Assembly: GCA_046296715.1 (NCBI GenBank)
Contig: JBKBIN010000033.1
Coordinates: forward strand, 1-12,937
From: Candidatus Ratteibacteria bacterium
GTDB taxonomy: Bacteria; Ratteibacteria; UBA8468; B48-G9; JAFGKM01
Length of the DNA stretch: 12,937 nt
Reading direction: 5' to 3'
Shown: positions 1-8,638 of the stretch, piece by piece
How the letters are laid out: each line of letters starts with the position of its first letter
Numbering within the stretch: the stretch's first letter is position 1
Position numbers and translations under genes: made by a program
The notes under the pieces: generated by a model
Database searches by the model: none
What the model was told of the DNA's origin: nothing
Seen by the model: only the letters and a program-made list of their open reading frames with translations

Positions 1-594
1 TGTCTTTTCATCAATATCAACATCTGTACAATCAGCAGTTAAACCTGTTTTAACCTTAACAGATACAGCAGGAATAAAGCTTCTTCCTATCATAGTTGCA
101 GCAGCAATTACTATATTTGGTTTATATTTTTTTATTAAATAACTCAACGCATCAGCATAAACTTCTTCTTTAAATTCACAAAAAATATCATCATCTATAA
201 AATAAACTTTATCTGCTCCTTTCTTTAATAAATTGCTTACTTTATCTTTTATATTTTTACCAAAACAGACACCACAAATTTCTTCATTCAATTTCATTTT
301 CAATTTTTTGGAAGCATTTAACATCTCATAAGAAACTGAAGATATTTCTCCATCCTTGGTCTCTGCAAAAAACCATATCCCTTTAAATTGAGATAAATCA
401 ATTTTTTCTTTCTCTTTCTCTTTCTCTTCTTTTATAAGCGCTTTTTCAGGACATATTTTTATACATAATCCACAGATATTACATTTTTCATTTATAAAGA
501 TTTTATTATCTATAATTTCAATAGCACCAAAAGGACATTTTTCAACACATTTTTTACATAGATTACATTTTTCATAAATAACTTTTATGGCCAT
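1..594 (-). CDS. etfA: Electron transfer flavoprotein alpha subunit with N-terminal 2x[4Fe-4S] ferredoxin domain (3' part outside window)
   Basis: Not in the ORF track, translated by hand from ATG at 594, directly after the etfB stop: MAIKVIYEKCNLCKKCVEKCPFGAI...CNICGLCIKICPEKAL...KGIWFFAE...GADKVY...ATMIGRSFIPAV...GLTADCT. It has two CxxCxxCxxxCP motifs plus EtfA motifs, and the frame stays open to position 1. Confidence 0.93.
   Translation of the reverse strand, partial: MAIKVIYEKCNLCKKCVEKCPFGAIEIIDNKIFINEKCNICGLCIKICPEKALIKEEKEKEKEKIDLSQFKGIWFFAETKDGEISSVSYEMLNASKKLKMKLNEEICGVCFGKNIKDKVSNLLKKGADKVYFIDDDIFCEFKEEVYADALSYLIKKYKPNIVIAAATMIGRSFIPAVSVKVKTGLTADCTDVDIDEKT
409..426 (-). repeat. 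(GAGAAA)x3 in-frame hexamer repeat encoding the EKEKEK linker between the ferredoxin and ETF domains
   Basis: Three perfect tttctc copies at 409-426 on the + strand, with a degenerate flanking copy. Confidence 0.6.
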
Positions 595-1380
595 TTATAA
601 AACTCCCAATTTCTTTAATTCTTTTATAATTTCTTCAGCCATTAAATCAGGAGCACCTTCAACTTTTCTTCCTTCTTTTTTTATTTCTTGTGTCCAAACA
701 TCAATAACTCTTGTAGGAGAACCATCCTGACCAAATAAACTTTGATCTCCACCAAGCACTTCAGCATTCCATACAGGTATTTCAACCTTTTTAGCCCTTA
801 ACATATTTTTTAAAGATGGAATTCGCGGCTGATTTATTTCCTTAATAACAGTTATAAGAACAGGTAATTTTGTTTTTATAACTTCATAATGGTCTTCCAT
901 AAGACGAATGCATTCAATTTCGTTTCCTTTTATATCAACAATTTTACTTACATAAGTTATATAAGGTATTCCAAGATGGACTGCTATCCCAGGGCCAACC
1001 TGTCCTGTGCTTCCATCAAGTGTTTCTCTTCCACATATTATAATATCAACATCTCCAATTTTTTTTATTGCAAGAGAAAGAGTATAAGAAGTTGCAAGAG
1101 TATCACTTCCTGCAAACTTTTTATCACTTAAAAGAATGCCATTATCAATACCCATACTTATCGCTTCTCTTATAGCACTTTCTGCCTGAGGTGGTCCCAT
1201 TGAAATAACCCAACTTTCTCCTCCAAATCTTTCTTTTAATCTAATCCCTTCTTCAATAGCATAAAGGTCATACGGATTGATTATACTTTTAACTCCCTCT
1301 CTTATAATCCTTTTTGTTTCAGGGTCAACCTTTACATCAAAACTTTCTGGAACTTGTTTAATACAGACAACTATTTTCAT
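595..1380 (-). CDS. etfB: Electron transfer flavoprotein beta subunit (EtfB/FixA family)
   Basis: Motifs MKIVVCIKQVP, INPYDLYAIEE, SMGPPQA, FAGSDTLATS, GRETLDGSTGQVGPG, PRIPSL and GSPTRV. GGAG RBS at 1389-1392. Abuts etfA. Confidence 0.96.
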   Translation of the reverse strand: MKIVVCIKQVPESFDVKVDPETKRIIREGVKSIINPYDLYAIEEGIRLKERFGGESWVISMGPPQAESAIREAISMGIDNGILLSDKKFAGSDTLATSYTLSLAIKKIGDVDIIICGRETLDGSTGQVGPGIAVHLGIPYITYVSKIVDIKGNEIECIRLMEDHYEVIKTKLPVLITVIKEINQPRIPSLKNMLRAKKVEIPVWNAEVLGGDQSLFGQDGSPTRVIDVWTQEIKKEGRKVEGAPDLMAEEIIKELKKLGVL

Positions 1381-1411
1381 TTTTAAAACTCCATTTTTGA
1401 TTTAAATAAAT

Positions 1412-1441
1412 AATTTTATCATAAAATTTCAAATTTCTAAA
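1412..1441 (-). promoter_or_regulatory. Possible internal sigma70-type promoter for etfBA, overlapped by an 8-1-8 palindrome
   Basis: Minus strand has TGATAAAAT (extended -10, 1421-1413) and TTTAGA 17 nt upstream. The inverted repeat AATTTTAT-C-ATAAAATT spans 1412-1428. AT-rich DNA makes chance matches likely. Confidence 0.3.
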
Positions 1442-2406
1442 ATTTTGTTTTCAAAGTATGACTTGTAAACCAAATCACTTAATAATGCTACATTCTCCAC
1501 TATTTTCCAATCAGTTTGAGGTTGTTTTTTTCTCTTTATACATTCAATTAAATCCTCTGCAGGGCTTTTAACTTCTGGTTCTAAATCTTCTATGTTTTTT
1601 ATCTCTTTTTCTCCTTTAAACTGAACATAAGAATTTTCCGTAGCAGATAACTTTAAAACATTATTTTTGTCATCCCATATAAAAAGACCTTCTCTAAAAG
1701 ATGGATCAAATGCAAGAATACTAAAACTTCCTATTGCTCCTTCTTTAAATTTAACTATAAAAGCAGAATTCATATCAACTTTTTCACCTTTAAAATCAAT
1801 AAAAGAAGCAACCTTTTGTGGTGTAAAATTTGTTAAAAAGAATATTAAAGCAACAAAATGACTTCCAGAATCAGTTAGTTGTCCCTTACCTGAAAGTTTT
1901 GGATCCATTCTCCAAGGCCTTCTTATACTTAAAGGTTCGTAATAATATTGCGAAAGAAAACCTGACATAAATATTATATTTCCAAACTTTTCTTTTAAAA
2001 TTTTTTTTGCACCATTAAAAACTGGCATATAATGTCTCTGGTAAGCAACAACTACATTTTTGCCCGTTTTTTCCATTGTCCTTCTTATCTCAACTGCTTC
2101 ATCATAACTAACTACTGCTGGCTTTTCAACAAGAACATCTATCCCATTTTCAAGAGCAATTTTTATCTGTGAAAAGTGTAAAGTATGAGGAGTACATATA
2201 ACCACACCATCAAGTTTTTCCTTTTCAATCATTTCTTTTTCATCAGTATATAAATTCAACTTTTCTCCATATGTCTCCTGAAATTTTTTAAAATTATTCT
2301 CATTTGGCTCAATAACTGAAACAATTTTAACACCTTCAATTTTTTTCAAATCATTTAAATGTCTATAAGATATTCCGCCAGTCCCAATAAATCCAATTTT
2401 TATCAC
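1429..2406 (-). CDS. Gfo/Idh/MocA-family NAD(P)-dependent oxidoreductase
   Basis: Rossmann motif IGFIGTGGI, ICTPHTLH, VLVEKP and GQLTDSGSH (DxxxH). GTG start preceded by AAGGAGG. Confidence 0.92.
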   Translation of the reverse strand: MIKIGFIGTGGISYRHLNDLKKIEGVKIVSVIEPNENNFKKFQETYGEKLNLYTDEKEMIEKEKLDGVVICTPHTLHFSQIKIALENGIDVLVEKPAVVSYDEAVEIRRTMEKTGKNVVVAYQRHYMPVFNGAKKILKEKFGNIIFMSGFLSQYYYEPLSIRRPWRMDPKLSGKGQLTDSGSHFVALIFFLTNFTPQKVASFIDFKGEKVDMNSAFIVKFKEGAIGSFSILAFDPSFREGLFIWDDKNNVLKLSATENSYVQFKGEKEIKNIEDLEPEVKSPAEDLIECIKRKKQPQTDWKIVENVALLSDLVYKSYFENKILEI

Positions 2407-2419
2407 TTTTCCCTCCTTT

Positions 2420-3271
2420 TTATAAAATTATTGGATTAGTCCATCCTTTTTTATTTTCTTTATTTGTTATCTCTATCCTTATGTATTTCTCTATTCCTTT
2501 TATTTTATATTCTGCATAGTTAAACTCTTTTCCATTTTTATAAATTCTTGTACCAGTTGAACCATAACCAATAAAATCAACAATAATAGATGGAGAAAAA
2601 GAAATTTTAATTGTACTGTCTTCAACTTTTAAATCTTTAATTATAACACCACTTGATGAATAAAACAATCCATTTTTAATTGAACTACATATTTCTTTTT
2701 CATTAAGAGAATTTGATTTTACCATTATAAAACCACCAAAAACATCTTTTTCACTGTGGCAATCATCAACTGCAAATCCTAAAATATTCAATCCTTTTTG
2801 TAGAAGTTCATCATAATGAGTAGTTGAATATCCTTTCCCTTTCTCAATTTCACAACTATTATTAAATATTTCAATACCAATAAATCCAGATAAAGAAAAA
2901 ATATCAATACTTGTTAATGCACTCCAATAAGGATGACAGATAATTGCAAAACCACCTATATCATTTATTTTTTTAATTATTTCCTGTGTAGATAGATTGT
3001 CAGTTGAAAAAGGTTGTTCAATTCCAAGTCCAAGGATATGAAAACTTTCTTTATTAAATTCAACACCTTTAATTGTCAAAAAATTATTTAAAGGACTTTT
3101 ATAATCAGTAATTTTATTATGGTCTGTTATAAAAAGAAAGTCATAAAAATTTTACATATAGATTTTAACTATTTCCTCAGGCGAAAATTTTCCATCCGAA
3201 TTTTTTGTATGAGTATGCAAATTCCCTTTAAACCATTTCCCTGTCTTTTCAAAAGGATTATTAAATTTCAT
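2420..3271 (-). pseudogene. PHP-fold metallohydrolase (CehA/McbA-like) with an internal in-frame TAA at 3152-3154
   Basis: ATG at 3271 with an AAGGAG RBS gives MKFNNPFEKTGKWFKGNLHTHTKNSDGKFSPEEIVKIYM*NFYDFLFITDHN...KGVE...HILG...CHP...IEIFN...DDCH. This is in frame with the track ORF 2420..3079, which lacks the HxH and TDH metal ligands. Confidence 0.8.
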
Positions 3272-3280
3272 ATTGCTCCT

Positions 3281-4975
3281 TTAAATTTTAAAACTTAATT
3301 TAGTATAATTCTCAAAAGGTGGGATTTCAAGAAAGTTTTCAATTACCTCATCATCTTTATCATAGAAAATATACAAGTAAATAGGGATCTTTGTTTTGCC
3401 CTTCAATATAATCTCAAGATTTTTATCAAAATTAATTTTTTCTATTGAGACACCTTGTAAATTTTTAGAATACAAACTTATATAATCATAACTTTTAAAA
3501 ATTATGTTCTTCGTCTTTATTGAGTTTATTATTCCCTTTATTATTTCTTCCCATTCTTCAATTTTTAAAAATGAGATCCTTTGTTCATGAGTCATTAAAC
3601 ATCCAAAAAACTTATTTTCAAGCCCACTCTCAATCTGAAATATCCCTCTTCTAATTGCTCTTTTAATATCTGTTGAATTGTTCTCATTCCAAAAAATTGT
3701 GCACTTATAAAGAAAATCAAAATCTACTTTTTTCTCATCTGATAATTTTTCCTCTATTTTTAATGGAAGAGATAAAACATTAAAGAAATCATTATCTTCA
3801 GGTAGTTCACTTAAAGAAAAGTTAATTTTATTGTATGGTTTTAAATCCCATATATGACCTTTTGGATCAGAATATGCTTTCCCAATCCTTATAATATTCA
3901 TTAAAAAATTCTGCTTCCTTTCTTTTAAATATGGAAGTGATTTAATTCCAACTTCTCCAAAATGGGCATTTAAAGTTATAGATGGTCTTATTCCAAATAA
4001 CTCAAATTTTCTATCAACTCTACCAAAGTTTTCTTTTAATTCATTGTCTGAAAACTCCTGTCCATTATGTTTCATATAGATTGGATACTCATTTATATTG
4101 TTTGGATCTGAAAAAGCATGAGGAGAAAATTCTGCCTGTTTTTCAAAATATTTTTCTCTTAATACTGGTATATCCTCATTTTGTATGTCATCAATAAAAA
4201 GTCCAAGATTTGGGATTATTTTATACTTATTTAAAATATCAACATATTTAAACCTTTCAACTGTCTCTTTATATTTTGCAACCTTACTTCCAGAACCAGA
4301 AACATCGTCAATCCTTGCAGTTATAAAAGGTGGCATTGTCTTTGTTATAAGTGGTTTTTTACTTGCCCAGACTAAACTTCTAAAAAAAATATCATCAAGT
4401 CCTTCTGTATGACCTAATATCTCATCTTGCCATAATCCAGCAGATGTAAGGAATAAAACTATTTTACCTTTACCAAATCTTCCATATATTCCACACACTT
4501 GCCAATCTTCACTGTAAAGAAAGGCATTCCAAAATTTATTATCAAATTTAACAGAATAAAACATCAATTCATTTTTTAATTCAATTTCATCATTGTAAGT
4601 TCCCTGACATATCCATGAATTTTTTTCAAGTTTTATTTTAGAAGTCCTTTTGGGAATAATTTCTTCTATTTTAAGACTTTTTAAAAAATCAGAAGGATAT
4701 GATGAAATATATCCATCAAAAATAACAATTCCAATTCCTGAATAAAGATTTTTTAGCAAAATATCTGTTTCTAATTTCCCAAGTGAAAACCCAAGACCTT
4801 CCTGACCAATAACAATTAAATTTGTATTTTCAATCTCCCTTTCAAAAAATCTTTCAAAAGCAAGGTCAATAATCTTATAGTGAAATCCAAAATGTTCTAT
4901 AGCAGAAAAAATCCCTTTTTCAGATCTTGAATATTGAACTGTCTTTAAAGAATCTATAATAATTTTTGTTTCCAT
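3281..4975 (-). CDS. Hypothetical protein with a possible C-terminal polysaccharide-deacetylase/GH57-like barrel domain
   Basis: 564-aa ORF whose start overlaps the hxlB stop (TAATG). ARIDD, EFSPHAF, AHFGE and MTHEQ resemble NodB-like (RxDD...H...H) motifs. The ORF is well supported, but the function is inferred. Confidence 0.55.
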   Translation of the reverse strand: METKIIIDSLKTVQYSRSEKGIFSAIEHFGFHYKIIDLAFERFFEREIENTNLIVIGQEGLGFSLGKLETDILLKNLYSGIGIVIFDGYISSYPSDFLKSLKIEEIIPKRTSKIKLEKNSWICQGTYNDEIELKNELMFYSVKFDNKFWNAFLYSEDWQVCGIYGRFGKGKIVLFLTSAGLWQDEILGHTEGLDDIFFRSLVWASKKPLITKTMPPFITARIDDVSGSGSKVAKYKETVERFKYVDILNKYKIIPNLGLFIDDIQNEDIPVLREKYFEKQAEFSPHAFSDPNNINEYPIYMKHNGQEFSDNELKENFGRVDRKFELFGIRPSITLNAHFGEVGIKSLPYLKERKQNFLMNIIRIGKAYSDPKGHIWDLKPYNKINFSLSELPEDNDFFNVLSLPLKIEEKLSDEKKVDFDFLYKCTIFWNENNSTDIKRAIRRGIFQIESGLENKFFGCLMTHEQRISFLKIEEWEEIIKGIINSIKTKNIIFKSYDYISLYSKNLQGVSIEKINFDKNLEIILKGKTKIPIYLYIFYDKDDEVIENFLEIPPFENYTKLSFKI

Positions 4976-5490
4976 TATTCTAAATTTGTATGCCTTTCTT
5001 TCATTGTATCAAAACTGATTTTATACTTTTCAATATAAAATTGGATAAACTCTTCTAAAAACAAAAAGCATACCTGTTCAAATAAAGAATTCCCAAATTG
5101 GATTGTTTTTTTGGTAGGTATATAAATTAAGCAATCAGAAATTTGAGCAAGTTTACTTTTCTTATTTGAAGTTATAGTTAAAATCTTCCCTTTCTCTTTT
5201 TTACATATCTTTGCAATTTCTAAAATTGAAGTTTTTTCTCCAGAACCAGAAATAAAAATTATAAGGTCATTACTGGTAAATCTTGGTGTTATTGTTTCAC
5301 CTAAGAAGAAAGAATTCAAACCAAGATGAAATAATCTCATACAAAAACATTTACCAATCAATCCACTCCTTCCTACACCATAAACAAAAATTTTTTTACT
5401 TTTTGAAATTAAATTTTCAATTTTTTCAAATCCTTCTTCTTTCTTTATATTTCCATATACATTTAATACTTCATTAATTACATTTCCCAT
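4975..5490 (-). CDS. hxlB: SIS-domain 6-phospho-3-hexuloisomerase-like protein
   Basis: FVYGVGRSGL...MRLFHLG, GETITP, ISGSGE, GNSLFEQ and C-terminal RHTNLE (PHI hallmark RHxNLE). The start is ATG 5490 or GTG 5508. Confidence 0.82.
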   Translation of the reverse strand: MGNVINEVLNVYGNIKKEEGFEKIENLISKSKKIFVYGVGRSGLIGKCFCMRLFHLGLNSFFLGETITPRFTSNDLIIFISGSGEKTSILEIAKICKKEKGKILTITSNKKSKLAQISDCLIYIPTKKTIQFGNSLFEQVCFLFLEEFIQFYIEKYKISFDTMKERHTNLE

Positions 5491-5498
5491 TTTTCTAA

Positions 5499-5567
5499 AT
5501 TTTAACACTATTTATAAAACTTTCAATCTATGATATAATTATATTTGCTTTCAAAAGAAGGAGGCAA
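5499..5567. promoter_or_regulatory. Divergent promoter region
   Basis: Plus strand: TGATATAAT extended -10 at 5531-5539 and AAGGAGG RBS before ATG 5570. Minus strand: TTGAAA (5526-5521)-N16-TAAAAT (5504-5499) with TGn extension, and a second TATAAT at 5543-5538 within the palindrome ATATAATTATAT. Confidence 0.55.
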
Positions 5568-5569
5568 AA

Positions 5570-7030
5570 ATGGCAATAAATTTAGAGAATAGAATTTTAA
5601 CAATTATGGAAAAAGGCGCCTCTCAAAAAGTTATAACAGGATTATTAAATGCTTCTTTAAAAAATTCAATAACAAGAAGAGCACTGATAAACGCGATTGA
5701 TAAAGCAACATATAAAATGTCTCTTCAAACATATGAAAGGCCAAAAAAAGTTTTAGAGGAAAGATACTATATGGGAAGAGCACTTTTACATTCAATAGAG
5801 AGATTGTTTGATACAGATAGTATTTCTCCAAACTGTGTAAGAGCACTTTCAAATATATTTCTTGGAAAAGTTTTTATTCAAGGAATTTATACAAGAAGGA
5901 CATTTGAAGAAAAACATGGATTTAGACCACCATGTTTTGTAACAATCTCACCAACAAATATATGTAATTTAAAATGTAAAGGTTGCTATGCAGGTGAAAT
6001 TTACGAAAAAAATACTTTAAAATTTGAAATCTTTGATAGAGTTATAAAAGAAATAAAGGAGCAATTTGGTGCATATTTTTTTGTTATTTCTGGAGGAGAA
6101 CCATTTATGTATAAAAGTGATGGAAAGACCCTCTTTGATATACTTGAAAAACATAATGATGCTTATTTTATGGCCTATACAAATGGAACTATGATTAAAA
6201 AAGATGTTGCAAAAAAATTATCCGAACTTGGTAATTTCACACCTGCTATATCTGTTGAAGGATTTGAAAAAGATACAGACGATAGAAGAGGAAACGGTGT
6301 TTTCAAAAGATTGATGGAAGTGATGGATGATTTAAGGGAAGAAGGTGTTCCTTTTGGAATATCTGTAACTCCGACAAGATATAACGCTGATTTACTTTTA
6401 TCAGATGAGTTTATTGATTTTTATTTTGAAAAGAAGGGTGCTTTTTATGGATGGTATTTTCAGTATATGCCTATAGGAAGAAAACCTTCGGTTGACTTAA
6501 TGGTAACACCAGAACAAAGATATAAAATGTTAAAGAGAATATGGCAACTTGTTATTGAAAAGAAAATTTTTATTGCTGATTTCTGGAACTCTGGAACTGC
6601 TTCTGATGGATGTATGGCTGCTGCAAGAGGTGGTGGATATTTTTATATAATGTGGGATGGAACAATAACTCCTTGTGTATTTATTCCATTTAAGGATAAA
6701 AACTTAGGAAATCTTTATAAGATCTATGAGGAGGGTAAAACAATAACTGATGCAATTAAATCACCATTATTTGAAAAAATAAGAGATTGGCAGAATAACT
6801 ACTGGATAAAAAGAAGTAAAAAAGAATGTGGAAACCTTCTCACCCCTTGTATAATAAGAGACAATTCCTTAGAGTTTTATAAGATAGTAAAAGATACTCA
6901 AGCTCAACCTATTGATGAAGGCGCGAAAGAATATCTGAAATTTATAGAAGAAGGAAAGATGCCAGAATATAACAAAAAATACAGAGAATTAACCGATCCT
7001 CTTTGGATAAATGAATATTTGAATGAGTAA
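5570..7030 (+). CDS. Radical SAM protein with C-terminal SPASM/twitch-like Cys motif
   Basis: CNLKCKGC (CxxxCxxC), SGGEPF, YTNGT, AISVEG, WYFQYMPIG and DFWN. Auxiliary cysteines in GCMAA...PCVF...CGNLLTPC. Strong RBS. Confidence 0.92.
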   Translation: MAINLENRILTIMEKGASQKVITGLLNASLKNSITRRALINAIDKATYKMSLQTYERPKKVLEERYYMGRALLHSIERLFDTDSISPNCVRALSNIFLGKVFIQGIYTRRTFEEKHGFRPPCFVTISPTNICNLKCKGCYAGEIYEKNTLKFEIFDRVIKEIKEQFGAYFFVISGGEPFMYKSDGKTLFDILEKHNDAYFMAYTNGTMIKKDVAKKLSELGNFTPAISVEGFEKDTDDRRGNGVFKRLMEVMDDLREEGVPFGISVTPTRYNADLLLSDEFIDFYFEKKGAFYGWYFQYMPIGRKPSVDLMVTPEQRYKMLKRIWQLVIEKKIFIADFWNSGTASDGCMAAARGGGYFYIMWDGTITPCVFIPFKDKNLGNLYKIYEEGKTITDAIKSPLFEKIRDWQNNYWIKRSKKECGNLLTPCIIRDNSLEFYKIVKDTQAQPIDEGAKEYLKFIEEGKMPEYNKKYRELTDPLWINEYLNE

Positions 7031-8636
7031 ATTTATAAGAACCATCCGAAAAATTAGAAGAATTAGAAGAATAGTAAATGTTCTTGTAAAATATGGGTTT
7101 GAAATATTTTTAGAAAGAATTCATATCTCAATATTTCCTCTCAAAAAGAAAAAAAAACTTGAATATTCATTGCCTTTAAGGGTTAGAAAAATTTTAGAAG
7201 AACTCGGTCCAACATTTATTAAACTCGGACAGATTTTGAGCACAAGACCTGACTTAATACCTTTTGAATACATAAAAGAACTTGAAAATCTTCAGGATAA
7301 TGTAAAACCAGAAAAATTTGAAGTAATGAAAGATACAATTGAAAAAGAATTTAATAAGAAATTAGAAGAGATTTTTGATAAATTTGATGAGCAACCAATT
7401 GCTTCTGCTTCACTATCCTGTGTTTATAAAGGTGTCTATAAAGGAAAAGAAGTTGCCGTTAAAGTTCAAAGACCAAATATAAAACAACAGATTTTTACTG
7501 ATATAGAAATTTTGTATGATATTGCTAATTTAATAGAAAGATTTATAAAGGAAAGTGAAATATACCAACCAATAAAGATAATAAAGGAGTTTGAAAAAAG
7601 TATCAAAAAAGAACTAAATTTTCTTATAGAATTGAGACATATTGAAATTATGAAAGAGAAAATGAAAAATTTTGAAAATTTGTTTATTCCTGATGTTTAT
7701 AAAGAAATCTCAACTGAAAAAATACTTGTAAGTGAATATATAGATGGTATAAAAATCAATAAAGTTGACCAGTGGAGTAAATATGTAAATAAAGAAGATG
7801 TACTGAAAAATGGGATTGATATAATTTTAAAACAGATTTTTGATGTTGGATTTTTTCATGGAGACCCGCATCCAGGGAATATCTTCATTCTTAAAGATGG
7901 AAGAATTGCTTTAATTGATTTTGGAATTGTTGGGCATCTTGATGAAGAAAAAAAGTATTATATTGTCAATCTGCTTTCAGGTATTATAAAAGGACAAGTA
8001 GATAGAATTATATATACTTTAAAACTTATGGGTTCACTAAATGAAACAATTGATATTCAAGAATTAAAAAATGATATTGAAGATATGATTGAACTATATA
8101 AAGATCTTCCTATCAAAAAAATAAAAATTGGAGAAGTTATGGGTAGTTTCTTTGATTTAATTAGACAATATAAAATTAAAATCCCTGTGAGTTTTTCTTT
8201 AATGAGTAAGTCAATAATTACTCTTGAAGGTATATGCCACTTTATTGAACCTAATTTTAAACTTACCGAAGCAATTGAACCATTTTTCATTGAAATTGTT
8301 GAGAAAAAAGTAAAACTTTCCTATTTTTTAAAGGAGTTTCAAAACATAATTACAAGATTAAATTATACAGTTAAAGAGATACCAGATACTATAGAAACAT
8401 TTATTGATGCAGTTAAGAACTTCAAAAGAAAAAATTATGAAAATGAAAATATTTTTCAAGATATAAACAAAGAGATTAAAAGGACAAGCATAAAAATTTC
8501 TTTCTCAATTCTAATTTCATCTTTTCTGATTTGTTCAACTTTTCTTTTTATTTCTAATTATTTTATTTTTGGTATTACTGGCTTTACTGTTTCTGCAGTT
8601 TTAATTCTTATATTTCTTCTAAAATTGGGAGGATGA
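7023..8636 (+). CDS. UbiB/AarF/ABC1-family atypical kinase-like protein, C-terminally membrane anchored
   Basis: LGPTFIKLGQILSTRPD (KxGQ), PIASAS, VAVKVQRP, HGDPHPGN and DFG motifs. Two hydrophobic C-terminal segments. 8-nt overlap with the radical SAM gene. Confidence 0.93.
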   Translation: MSKFIRTIRKIRRIRRIVNVLVKYGFEIFLERIHISIFPLKKKKKLEYSLPLRVRKILEELGPTFIKLGQILSTRPDLIPFEYIKELENLQDNVKPEKFEVMKDTIEKEFNKKLEEIFDKFDEQPIASASLSCVYKGVYKGKEVAVKVQRPNIKQQIFTDIEILYDIANLIERFIKESEIYQPIKIIKEFEKSIKKELNFLIELRHIEIMKEKMKNFENLFIPDVYKEISTEKILVSEYIDGIKINKVDQWSKYVNKEDVLKNGIDIILKQIFDVGFFHGDPHPGNIFILKDGRIALIDFGIVGHLDEEKKYYIVNLLSGIIKGQVDRIIYTLKLMGSLNETIDIQELKNDIEDMIELYKDLPIKKIKIGEVMGSFFDLIRQYKIKIPVSFSLMSKSIITLEGICHFIEPNFKLTEAIEPFFIEIVEKKVKLSYFLKEFQNIITRLNYTVKEIPDTIETFIDAVKNFKRKNYENENIFQDINKEIKRTSIKISFSILISSFLICSTFLFISNYFIFGITGFTVSAVLILIFLLKLGG

Positions 8637-8638
8637 AT

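Noticed and set aside
1412..1428. Palindrome upstream of etfB as a Rex or Fur operator
   Set aside because: It does not match the Rex (TTGTGAA-N4-TTCACAA) or Fur consensus, and its arms are all A/T, so it may be chance.
3152..3154. Stop-codon reassignment or Sec/Pyl recoding in the PHP gene
   Set aside because: The codon is TAA, not TGA or TAG, and TAA terminates several other genes in the window.
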